Assembly (NCBI RefSeq): GCF_036365525.1
Contig: NC_090413.1
Location: 24,722,601 to 24,786,600 of the forward strand
DNA: 64,000 bases
Direction: 5' to 3'
Origin: Heterodontus francisci
Lineage: Eukaryota
In this document: piece by piece, positions 37,069 to 48,611 of the stretch
How positions within the stretch are numbered: position 1 is the first letter of the stretch
How the letters are laid out: every line of letters begins with the position of its first letter
Notes under the pieces: model-generated
Databases searched by the model: none
Told to the model about the DNA's origin: nothing
What the model saw: the letters and a program-made list of their open reading frames with translations, nothing else
Made by a program: the position numbers and the translations under genes

Positions 37069-37800
37069 CTAAAGAGAAAGGCAAAATACTCTTGTTGATC
37101 TAGGACTTTGATATTCTGAAATTGGTTGTATGTTTAGAGGATTTAGGAAGGAGTTCCTGAGAGTACAGTTAGGACAGTTAAAAGCTCTGTTGGTAGTTAT
37201 GGATGAGGTGTTGGTGGTGAGGAGGGGTTAAGAGACATACCATATGCTGGCGTCAGAGGAATGCAGTGGGTGGGGATATGGGAATTGCAGGGCTGGAGGA
37301 CTTTGTAGAGTGAGATATGCAATGGAGGGACTCTATCCGAAGAGGGGAATCCAGCCCATGATCTCAATTGGGAAATAGTTTAGTTTAATTCTGTAGTTCA
37401 TTGACATATTGTATTGAGTTCAACTGACTTTTTTGACTCCTATTTGTATGGTACTGGGGTATATTTCACTTTTTTTTGTTGTGCTTTTTAAGTCCCTTTT
37501 ATATTTTCTGTCTGGCTTGATGGCTGCAGGTGAGAGGGAGGATGAACATCCTGCTTCCGCAACCAGTGAACCGCAAGAAATGGTGTGTCCCTACCTGCTC
37601 AGTGTGACTCAAATTTGGGAAATTAACACTGAACAAAGAGTAAACGATGTGCATGGACAAAATTCAATTCTGTGAAGTTTTTGTTTGAAGAGAAAAGTGT
37701 ATGTTCCCATTCTAATCTTGATTCCCTTTCTCTTGGGGACTAGAATATGCCTGTAATTGTTCTCATTGAGCAGTGTACGCAAGTAAATATATTTACTTAC

Positions 37801-37894
37801 TATATATTGAACTTCAGAAGTTGGACTGCAAGGCTTTCACAAAACCCCTCCATGGCAAACTTAGAGGCAGCATAGACATCGTTAAATACGACCC
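37801..37894 (-). CDS. RDH8: RDH8 coding exon 4 (catalytic YxxxK)
   Basis: [31 protein letters not shown](Y); 94 nt; gcacag acceptor, gtaagt donor. Confidence 0.94.
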
Positions 37895-37924
37895 CTGTGC
37901 AAAAGAAATAGTTTCTTCATATTT

Positions 37925-38262
37925 ATGTTTGTTTAGAGATACAGCACTGAAACAGGCCCTTCGGCCCACCGAGTCTGTGCCGACCATCAACCACCCATTT
38001 ATACTAATCCCATATTCCTATCACATCCCCACCTGTCCCTATATATTTCCCTCCCACCTACCTATACTAGGGGCAATTTATAATGGCCAATTTACCTATC
38101 AACCTGCAAGTCTTTTGGCATGTGGGAGGAAACCGGAGTACCCGGAGGAAACCCACGCAAACACAGGGAGAACTTGCAAACTCCACACAGGCAGTACCCA
38201 GAATCGAACCCGGGTCCCTGGAGCTGTGAGGCTGCGGTGCTAACCACTGCGCCACTGTGCCG
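37925..38262 (-). mobile_element. HE1-like V-SINE in RDH8 intron 3
   Basis: Full-length reverse-complement copy whose tail ends about 30 nt from the exon 4 acceptor. Confidence 0.88.
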
Positions 38263-39636
38263 ACTAATAGTTTTGATTTCATGTATTTTCTGACATCCAT
38301 AATTTAACTTTTCATCTGCAGTTAAGATTTTTCAATATAATTAATCTCAATGCAGGTGTGAATCTCGGATGAATTGGAAAAACTATTTGGAGCAATTAGA
38401 TTGGTTCCACTTTTCTTTTATTAGACTTTGCTGACTACTTATCGATTAGTTTTCATATATCCTTAATAGTTTTTATTCCTGTTCGGCTATGATTTATTTC
38501 AGTTTTATCAATATGAAATATGTAGATAATTCTACCTCATGCTTTCTTTGAGTGTTAGCTTGTTTCAGTAGATGTTTGAGATTTCGTTTTAACCATACCA
38601 GTAAATGGTATTAACTACCTCTAAACATGGCAGAGTTCAGAGCTGTGCTGGAATTAGCTCTGTTGAAGATTTTATCTTAAGATTTTAGCACAAAGCTGGC
38701 CCTAAAACATCAGGGTTGTTAATTATGAGGAAACTGCAACAGGGTTTGCCCACTTTCAGCTGACATAATTAACTTGATTCTTAAAGCACCTTTCACAACC
38801 TGTTCTGACTTTGGAAATAAAAATGAGAAACTTGTAACCTCTGTCCCTTGGATAAATATGTTAACACATTGAACATGGCAATTTCTAGGTGTTGGAAAAA
38901 TTTCAAGCGTGCAGAATTTCTTCTTAAAAAGAATTACAACTACCAAGAATAAAATACTCTAAAGTGCATAAAGTTCCAGGCCCCTCTTCTATGTGCCTGG
39001 GTAGTGCTCAGTTCATGCATGAAAAGGCGAGGATGTCTCTACCCCCATTACATTTCCCTAAGATTCCCCGGTTCCCATGAGGGTAGCGGAGTACCTCTAC
39101 CTACAGTGGAGTAACAGCATGGAAATAGGGAATGGGCCTAATCGTGACTTGCCTCATTTTTCTCTGGGGAATGTTGTTTGGGGGCTTACATGTAGGGGCT
39201 CCCAAAGAAACTGTGACCCTTGCAACTGCTTAGATTTGTGGGTCTGAAAGAAGCAGGTAGAAAGGACACGGAGGCCTAAAAAAGAGTGAATTGATCCTTG
39301 AGGTTGGTTCGCCGTCTGGCCCCTGTTCTTGGACAGGCAGCGGCCATATCTGTCACTGCAGGTCCCAGGCTTGTCGTAGAGGCTAGTTCTCTTCCAATTC
39401 TGAGTACCCGACTCTGCCAGGCAGTCGGGCCTATTTCTGTGACTCTTTGCCTACAGAGAGCGAGGAAACCTTTGGTCCATATGGTTTTGACCTCCAGTCC
39501 AGATCATGAAGCAACAAAACAAAACTCTATTGATTCAGGAACTAGACGTTGTGCAGATAACCCTTATATGTTTCGGAAAATTCAGTATACTTAATAAGAG
39601 ATCTATTCATGAACTGAATTGAAGAGGTTATGGTAC

Positions 39637-39816
39637 CTTGAAGCCCCATCACACTGCTCATCATAACAATGTGCCCACTCTTTCTTCTCTTCATATCTGG
39701 GAGCACGGCCTTGACCATGCGAACAGCTCCAAAAAAGTTTGTGTCAAACATGCTCTTCATTTCTTGGATGCTGAGACTTTCTATTGGGCCAATCTTTCCA
39801 ACACCTGCATTGTTCA
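39637..39816 (-). CDS. RDH8: RDH8 coding exon 3
   Basis: VNNAGVGKIGPIESLSIQEMKSMFDTNFFGAVRMVKAVLPDMKRRKSGHIVMMSSVMGLQ; 180 nt; gtccag acceptor, gtacc donor. Confidence 0.94.
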
Positions 39817-40731
39817 CTGGACAAATACATGAGTCAAAAAATATTCTTCGGTAATGGCTAGTACATGACAAATGAACATCCACCCAAGAGAGAAGACGGG
39901 GCCTTGGTTTAACGCTTCACCCAAAAGATGCCACCTCTGCCAGTGTAGCACCCTCAGTACTGCACTGGGAGTGGCAGCGTAGATTTTTGTGCTCAAAACC
40001 TGGTGTGAATCCTAGGTTATATGAGGACTAGTTCTGTGATTGAAATACATTGTGGCAAATATCGGGATGGACATCAGCTGGAGGAGGTGGTGGAAATTTG
40101 AAGTTTTTGACTCCTTTTAAGGTGGCTACCTTGCACTTTCTTTGCCTAAGAGAACTTTGAGGGAGTAGGGAAAAAATATTTCCCCATACTCAAGGTCTGT
40201 ACTGTTGTACTAGTAAAATCCTGACCCTCCCCCTCTCATTCACTGGTATACAATAAAGACACTGTATACTGCACATGATGTAGTGCAAACTCGGAAGGTG
40301 TCTTCACCAGCATTCCTTGTAATTATAGACTTGGTAGGCGAGGGATTCCCAAACTTTTTGAAGCTGAGCTACCAGTGTTACAACCGTGGAGTTGGCCAGG
40401 AATGCAGACCCTTGTGCACAAAAGGGAGGGCACCGCCCCCTACCGGCTCCTATCCGATATACAAATTCTAAACTCCCATACAAACAAAAGCACACAAAAT
40501 TCAAACTTCGACACACACTAATTTCAAGTCCCAAATGCAGTTCCTTGATGCACAAAATTTGAGTGCTTCACACAGAAAAATTCCAAGTCACGCTCTGCAA
40601 AGTTTGTAAGCTAACAACAAATCTACACAAACCTGGAGGGAGCAGATAATGATCCAGTGGCTGCAGCAGCCAAAGAAAAGAAGTGTTAGGCAGGTTTACT
40701 ATTTATGATCTGTCATGCTTCATTCCCTTAC

Positions 40732-40893
40732 CCAGTACATCAACTCTTCGATCTTGAACACTATTGAGGCATTCTGTCACTGACTCATCACTGCAGACGT
40801 CAAGCTGGCTGATGTGTAATGTCTTGTTCAGTGTATCACCAGCAGCTGTTTCTAGCTGTCCTTTTCTGTTTAGATTTCTCATGGTAGCAATAA
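40732..40893 (-). CDS. RDH8: RDH8 coding exon 2
   Basis: VIATMRNLNRKGQLETAAGDTLNKTLHISQLDVCSDESVTECLNSVQDRRVDVL; 162 nt; acceptor ttttcaaaaaag, donor gtaag. Confidence 0.93.
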
Positions 40894-41040
40894 CTTTTTT
40901 GAAAAGAAACATATTAAAAAAAATCATGTGTTGCACTCTCACCTACACATCCAGATGCATTTCCTGATCACACTTTTCACTTCTTGTGTCATTAAATCAT
41001 AAAGAAAGGCTTTCTCCAGTGCCTTTCATGACCATAGAAC

Positions 41041-41531
41041 TTTTTTTTCCCAAAATATACTTTATTCATAAAAATCTGTAAAAATTACATTCCCAAACAG
41101 TTTAAAACAGCATCAAAAAATACAAACAGTGCAAAGGTGATCAGTTTCCTTCCATACAATCATGAGTTGCCTCACAACTCTTCCATTTCATTGTCATGCC
41201 ATATACATTTTTACATTTACAGCACACAAAATTTCTCCGATACAGTTCAAGGGGTTTCCCATGGATCCAGCCCCTCAGTTCAGCTTGGAGGGGGGACCTT
41301 ACACTGTGGTCTTTCCCCATTGAGCCTTTGCTGCGTCTGCCCCAAGCTTTAGTGCGTCCCTCAGCACGTAGTCCTGGACCTTGGAATGTGCCAGTCTGCA
41401 ACATTCGGTGGTGGACAACTCTTTGCGCTGGAAGACCAGCAAGTTTCGGGCAGACCAAAGGGCGTCTTTCACCGAATTAATAGTCCTCCAGCAACAGTTG
41501 ATGTTTGTCTCGGTGTGCGTCCCTGGGGACA
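41041..41531 (-). mobile_element. Tx1/L1-clade LINE 3' end with poly(A)
   Basis: CCWRTINSVKDALWSARNLLVF...VQDYVLRDALKLG...AQWGK resembles a Tx1 ORF2 C-terminus; AATAAA and A-tail on the minus strand at 41041-41066. Confidence 0.7.
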
Positions 41532-41807
41532 TCGGGGAGAACTCCCCTGCTCTTCTTTGAATAGTGCTATAGAAGCTTTTACTTCCACCTGAGAGGGCAG
41601 ACTGATTCTCAGTTTAACGTCTCATCTGAAAAACAGTTTACATTCAGCACAGAAGTGGCCATCGTGTCTGTGCCATCTCTTTGAAAGACCTATCTAATTA
41701 GTCTCTCATTACAAACATTTCTAATGCAGATCCAAATGTTATGATGTCAACTGTTATCTGTAGCTTTTACCTGCCACATCACGAGCTGACGTTAAAATGG
41801 GTATTCG

Positions 41808-42716
41808 GACATATGAACATACAAATTAGGAGTAGGAGTGGGCCACTTGGCCCCTCAAGCCTGCTCCGCCATTCTATAAGTTCATGGCTGATCTGATTGT
41901 AATCTCAACTACACATTCCCGTCTACCCCCAATAACCTTTTACCCCCTTGCTTATCATAAATCTATCTACCTCTGCCTTAAAAATATTCAAAGACCTTGT
42001 TTTCACTGCCATTTGAGGAAGAAAGTTCCAAAGACACTCAACGCTCTGAGAGAAACGATTGCTCCTCATCTCTGTCTTAAATGGGCGACCCCTTATTTTT
42101 AAACAGTGACCCCTAGTTCGAGATTCTCCCACAAGGGGAAACATCCTTTCCATATCCACCCTGTCAAGGCCCCTCAGGATCTTATATGTTTCAATCAAGT
42201 TGCCTCTTACTCTTCTAAACTCCAGCGGATACAAGCCTACCCTGTCCAACCTTTCCTCATAAGACAACCCACCCATTCCAGGTATTAGTCCAGTAAACCT
42301 CTGAACTGCTTCAGGAACTGGTGTGGTGTGTAACAGGCTGCCGATTCACCACAAACCCACTTTACGCTGTTGACAGACCAATTTTGTCCCTGTATTTTCA
42401 AAATTACATCCTTCCTTAATTGAGGAGACCAATAGTAGTCCAGAACAAAAACAAGAAATGCTGGATTCACTCAGCAGGTCTGGCAGCATCTGTGGAAAGA
42501 GAAGCAGAGTTAACGTTTCGGGTCAGTGACCCTTCTTCGGAATAGTAGTCCAGATGTGGTCTCACCAGTGCCCTGTATAACTGAAGCATAACCTCCCTAC
42601 TTTTGTATTCAATTCCCTCACAATAAACAATAAAATTCTATTAGCTTTCCTAATTATGTGCTGTACCTGTACACTCACCTTTTGTGATTCATGCACAAGG
42701 ACACCCAGATCCCTCT
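41808..42716 (-). mobile_element. CR1 LINE 3' fragment with two internal insertions
   Basis: ORF 41923-42276 LSYEERLDRVGLYPLEFRRVRGNLIETYKIL...WNFLP. Confidence 0.85.
42445..42540 (-). mobile_element. Short Penelope-like terminal-repeat insertion with 14-bp TSD
   Basis: Flanked by AATAGTAGTCCAGA at 42431-42444 and 42541-42554; homologous to 28456-28550. Confidence 0.8.
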
Positions 42717-43677
42717 AATGTTAAATAACAACACAGACCTGCAATGATTACCGGTAACTAGGTAAACCTGGCACTGTATTATCCACATATCAGTTAAAAT
42801 ACTTTTAGACAGAAATTTTGTCTGCAGTTATTTTCTCAGTGACTGAAATTACTATATAGTTCAAAACAAAATTACATAGTATTTATAGCACAAACAGGCC
42901 ATTCAGCCCAACTAGACTGGTGTTTATGCTGCACACGAAACTCCTCTCATTCTACTTCATCTCACACTATTAGCATAACTTTCTCTTCCTTTCTTTCTCA
43001 TGCGTTTATCTAGCCTCCCCTTAAACACATCTATACTATTCGCCTCAACCACTCCCTGTGGTAGTGACCGCCACATTCTCACCACTCTCTAGGGTAAAGA
43101 AGTTGCTCCTGACTGCTTGTGATCTTCTTTCCGCTGAAACTCACAGAACAATAGTTCAAACTCATTTTTGGAGACTTGCTTCCTCGTCTCAAGTCACTTC
43201 TATTTGGTTTGAAATGAAAAATCTTGGCAATATTTTCGAAATCATCGGAAAATAGGAACTGGTGTGGTGTGTAACAGGCTGCCGATTCACCACAAGCCCA
43301 CTTTGCGCTGTTGACAGGCTAATTTTGTCCCCGTAATTTTAAAATTACAAAAGGATCAGAAAAGATCAACTAGAAAACAAACTAAAATTAAAGTTCAAAA
43401 GCTAAAAACAGTACTGATACATAATAAAGGAAAGAATTGGAGGAAGTGCGATAGAATGAGCAGTAGTAAATATTTTTTATTAAAATATGTTGAGATATAA
43501 TTTAGCATTGCTATGAAGTAGTAATAGTCTTATTACTGTAATATTAATGTTTGCTTTAATGTCTCAATGTGTGAACTGAAAATATATAAAACTGGTCAGC
43601 CCAGGGACACAGGAATTTCCTCGTATCTGCTGATAGTTTAAAGGTTGCATGATAGAAACTATTTTTAAATTTGTAAA

Positions 43678-44460
43678 GGAGAAGTGTGAGATAATGCACT
43701 TGGAGAGGCCAATATGGCAGTGGAATACACAATAAATGGTAGGATACTGGGAAGTAAAGACGAACAGAGGGAATTTGGAGTGCGTGTACACAGATTTCTG
43801 AAGTTAACAGGGCAGGTAGATAAAGTGTTTAAGAAGGCATACAGGATATTTTCCTTTATTAGCCAAGGTCTAGAGTATAAGAGTGGGGAGGTTATGCTGG
43901 AACTCTATGAAGCACTGGTTAGGTCACAGTGGAGTACTGACTACAGTTCTGGTCACTCGATTACAAGGAAGGATGTAATTGCACTACAGAGGAGATTTTT
44001 GAGGATGTTGCCAAGAATGAAGAATTTCTGCTCTGAGGAATGATTGGATAGGGAGGGGTTGTTTACTTTGAAACAGAGGAGGCTTGAGGGGAGAGTTAAT
44101 TGAGATGTATAAAATTATGAGGGGCCTAGATAGAGTGGATAGGTAGGACATATTTCCCTTAGCAGGGAGGTCAATAACCAAGGGGCATAGATTTAAAGTA
44201 ATTGGTAGAAGGATTAGATGCGAGTTGAGGAGAAACTTTTTCACCTAGGGTGGGGAGGATCTGGAACTCTTCCTGAAAGGATGGTAGAGGCGGAAACCCT
44301 TATTACATTTGAAATGTATTTGGATACGCACTTGAGGTGCCATAATCTACAGGGCTACAGACCAAGAGGTGGAAAGTGCGATGAGGGTGGGTAGCTCTTT
44401 ATCAGCTGGCACAGACACAACGGAACGACTGGCCTCTCTCTGTGTTTTGCATTTCTATGA
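43678..44460 (+). mobile_element. CR1 LINE 3' fragment
   Basis: ORF 43714-44043 (QVDKVFKKAY..LELYEALVR) and CR1 3'UTR. Confidence 0.85.
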
Positions 44461-46534
44461 GGGAAACTTATCCCTTAGGATTAATTCTGTTGGTGTGCGT
44501 TCCTGCATATTAACCACAGTTAGATCTTCAGTGCAAGAGCATCACCTGCTTCTATAAAGAGACAAATCCTCTTATGATAATCAGCTCTTGGTTTGAAGCC
44601 TACTGTGGCTATACAATACATTTTAAATAAACAAAACAGTTTGAATTATAGTAAAGCTTTTGAATTAGCAAAGAGAATTATGCAGTTGAAGTGAAATATT
44701 AAAAGATCGATAAAGTGCAGGGAAAAAGGGAGTCACCAGCAGCTTGATGACCTTTTATGTCAAACTGTACGTGATTTTTATGATAAATGTGTCTGCACCT
44801 GTCAGGTAAATTCACTTACATAAAAAACAGTTCCGAAAATTTTATTTACTGAACACGTGCTTGTATGTGAATAAAGCTAATTTACTGAATATATTGGATC
44901 TGCATCCCTCCTTTCTATCCAGGTCATTGTAGCTGCTCGCTTACTCTTCAAGTAAATCAGAGGAGAATTGTAATTGCTTATAAATTTTAGCCCAATGCCA
45001 TTATCTACCTACCTTCCTCTTTCAGGATTACTTTGGGGATGTAACGTGTGTGTGTATGTTGGATTTTACCACTGAGTTTGAAACTACTTGCAATCACCTG
45101 CCTTTCCGCGCAGAGGTTACTCAAACACTGGCCTTAAAGGATAGAATAGGTGAGCAGATAAATTTCACAGTTAGTTTTCAGTCTGTGTGATCCTAGTGTG
45201 GATACTTGCCCAGAGACTGTACAGTCTACAATTTTCTATCTATTAACTTTAAAAGATAGAAAATCATGGCACAATTCCCCAAAAACAGAAAATGCAGCTT
45301 TTTTTGTGAGCTGTGTATCGAAGTCAGCAAATATTCTATCCCATTGTAAAGTTTTAAAATAAGGTTCCAAAACACAGCAGAGATGGACTATCAGTTTCAA
45401 ATAATAAATTGACAATAGTTGAAATATTAAATCATAGTATTATTGACAAAAGTGAATATTCAAAACCTTAGGCATGCTTTCATATAATAGTGTTCCCATT
45501 ATGAACATGCAAGAAAGGTGTGTGCCTTCAAACAGACAATAATAGTTACCTAGGAATGTTTATGGGGCAACAATTGAGTCAAGGGATTCAGACAATACAT
45601 AAATAGTGAGATACAACCTAATACAGTTTATGAATTGTTTGAACTCTTAAGATTATATTCAAAGATTAGATTTACTTGTGATACTCTGAGGAGAAATTTC
45701 TTGGATTGAAGTGTTCAGTGTTGCCCAACCTCTGAAAATTTCTGTCTCAGTATTATTATCTATTCATGGGATGTGGGTGTCGTTGGCGAGGCCAGCATCT
45801 ATTGCCCATCCCTAATTGCTCTTGAGATGGCGGTGAGCTGCCTTCTTGAATACAACTGAGTGGCTTGCCAGGCCATTTCAGAGGGCAGTTAAGAGTCGAC
45901 CACATTGCTGTGGCTCTGGAGTCACATGTAGGCCCGACCAGGTAAGAACAACAGATTTCATTCCCTAAAGGACATTAGTGAACCAGATGGTTTTTTTAAT
46001 AATAATAATAATGGGTTTCTAATGACAATTCAGCTGTTGCATGGTCATCATTACTGATACTAGCTTTATATTCCAGATTTATTTAGCTAATTGAATTTAA
46101 ATTCCACAGGTGTCATTGGTGGGATCTGAATTCATGTCCAGATTAGTAGTTCAGGCCTACTGGATTACTAATCCAGTAACATAACCACTATGCCACAGTA
46201 CCCCATTGCAGTATATGTGAGTGCTGCATAATAATTATTCCTTTATAAACATCAATGTGAAAAAGACTTTCAAAAATCTATTCAGGCAAAAGGTAAAGAT
46301 CTAATTCCTATAGCTTTTCTATGGAAAAAAAAATCTCCATTTACTTAATGCACTTAAAAGTAACATGACTAAAATTTTTTTATTATTCATTCCTGAGATG
46401 TGAGCATCGTTGGCAAAGCCAGCATTTATTGCCCATCCCTAATTGCCCTTGAGAAAGTGGTGGTGAGCTGCCCATATGCACGCAATACTAAACATCTTCC
46501 TTTTGAGTTAGCACTGAGTTAACAAAGCACCTAC

Positions 46535-46640
46535 CGTAAAATTGTTTCTCGACATCATTTGCAAGGTGTATAGCAAGCTTTAAACCAATCCCAGAGGAGC
46601 ATCCAGTAATCAGTACAACCTTTTGCCCATTGTTTGCCAT
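46535..46640 (-). CDS. RDH8: RDH8 coding exon 1
   Basis: MANNGQKVVLITGCSSGIGLKLAIHLANDVEKQFY; G|gtagg donor. Confidence 0.92.
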
Positions 46641-47046
46641 TGGTACTTCTACTGGAGAGCAAGAGAGAACACTGAAGAGGATTAGTACTTGGATAAAGCA
46701 GATCAGTCACATGATTGGGTCCGTGAGCCGTTAATAAACCTGTAGACCTTGTGTGACCTTGTGCACCAATATTATACACACACCCCAGTAGTCTTAGCTT
46801 AAGGGTCACTGTAGACTTTCTACAGTCTATTTTTATGAAGTTCTATTTTGGTTTACAAGATTTAAACTTAAGACAGAAATGAGGTGAAACTTTTGACCTA
46901 ATTTTAGTAAAAAGAAAGCAGTCATGGGTATAAAGTGGTGAAATATTCCTTTGTATTTGTGTCACTCTTTTGCTTAGTGGGTCAGGAATCTTGCCTTTCA
47001 AATGTACTTTGTGTTTATGTGTTCCTGAATCTTTATATAATGTTTA

Positions 47047-47052
<6 letters not shown>

Positions 47053-47094
<42 letters not shown>

Positions 47095-47098
47095 TATT
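47053..47098. repeat. (AT)n microsatellite
   Basis: Directly visible; a shorter (AT)n lies at 62054-62070. Confidence 0.95.
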
Positions 47099-47114
47099 AT
47101 TCCCTTGCACGTCT

Positions 47115-48325
47115 TAATGGGCTCCATCCTGTGCTCAAATTCACCTTTGAAATGGAGCAGTCAAATGAACTCCCTTTCCTTGACGTACTAGTTGAGAAAT
47201 CTGTTACGGGGTTCTATACCATCGTCTACCGCAAACCTACCTTCACTGGTCAATACATGGGATTCTTACAGTTCTACAGGCTATAAGATTGGCCGTATCG
47301 GTGAACCCTGTAAATAGGGCTCCAGCCATTTGCTCACCATGCAAGCTTGATGCGGAAATGGGGCGAATCAAAAACGTCCTGCCTGATAATGGCTACCCTG
47401 ATCAGATCATTTCTCACTGTATATCGCTCAAATTTATGATGGGCCTAAGGCCATCATTTTCGGCCCTGAAAAGTCCGCAGTCTACCTCAAATTACCCTGG
47501 AAGGGTAATATATCCCCAAAATTTGAGCAACAGGTGAACTAGCTGTTACATGCTGCTACCACGCAGTAGCAACACGTGTGGTGTTCACCACTAACAGGAT
47601 GCTGCTGTCGAGCCAAAAAGACGTTCTGCCTATCACACAAATGAGTAATGTGATATATGAATTTCAATGCCAGTGTGATGCTAGGCATATAGGCCGTACA
47701 TTCCAAAGACTGGCGGATCGTGTCAAATAATATGTCCCTTCCACTGTTCGCAACGGGCAAGCTACAGGCCAGACCCAACCAGCCCATGTTTGCAAAACTC
47801 AAAACACAGGTCCAACATTAGATGTGATTCTGCGATTGAACGATATTTGCTAAATAATCCGCAGTGTGCTAAGACTTACGCTGAGAACCAATTTAAGATT
47901 GTTAGTGGGGCCCACAATGTGGCGCATTTGCACGTCCTGGAAGCTACATATATTAATATACAGGGCCCTGGTCTTTGCAGACAGAAAGAACATATACACA
48001 CATTGTGCCTGTTTCAGCTGAACAAAACAAGTGACAGCCATTCACTGGTTCATTCCTCAGGGTAATGCGTTGACCAATCAGAGTCAAACTGCCTGGTTTA
48101 AATTTCAAACAAAGCTTGGCAGTTAACTGTCAGTCACTGTAAACTGGTACATTCTTCATGGCAACGCCTGTACTAATCAGAGTTTACTTGCCAACCAATC
48201 AGCACTCTCTTCTCATGCAGTATAGGTTGTTGTTTTCCCTTACACTGCTTATTCTTGCGTATTGTCCTGATGAGTGCAAGACGAAAAGCTTCGACAGCAT
48301 GTCTCTATTTTCAGCAATTCTCAAG
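47115..48325 (+). mobile_element. Penelope-like element (second family): RT C-terminus, GIY-YIG domain and terminal repeat, decayed
   Basis: LPFLDVLVEK..TIVYRKPTFTGQY, LPDNGYPDQII, VIYEFQCQCDARHIGRTFQRLADRV, LEATYI motifs spread across frames. Confidence 0.85.
48263..48296 (+). ncRNA. Minimal hammerhead ribozyme motif (PLE type)
   Basis: TGTC-CTGATGA-GT/gcaag/AC-GAA-AAGCTT-C-GACA: perfect core, stem I TGTC/GACA, palindromic AAGCTT stem III, predicted cleavage after UUC (48292). Confidence 0.75.
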
Positions 48326-48611
48326 TTATATATTATTTATACATTAAAAAATCTGCATCCTGTCAATTTTTGTGACAATGCAATTTCCAATGTAAATGTG
48401 TACATCGAAATTTATAACAAAATGACAAAGATAAGGATAAATGGTATGACTGAACTAAGGACTCAATTACATACACGTACCCTGATCTGATGATGTTCCA
48501 TTCTGTAAGCTCATTCCTTCTGAAAACCTTGTTCTGATTCCTTGTATTTAACAACGAGGGGATCAACTCTTTTGTAAATATAGGCACTATTAAAATGATT
48601 GCATCAAACAC

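Larger units (their letters stand above)
34790..46640 (-). other. RDH8: Gene span: retinol dehydrogenase 8 (photoreceptor RDH, prRDH), 6 coding exons, 317 aa
   Basis: Exons of 106+162+180+94+184+228 = 954 nt form an open frame with GT-AG introns. SDR motifs intact; C-terminal Cys cluster and VxPx end as in prRDH. Confidence 0.93.

Noticed and set aside
46679-46687. CRX site (TAATCC) as the RDH8 core promoter
   Set aside because: It coincides with a tactaat branch-point-like motif about 30 nt before a strong acceptor, so a splice role is at least as likely; not called as a promoter.
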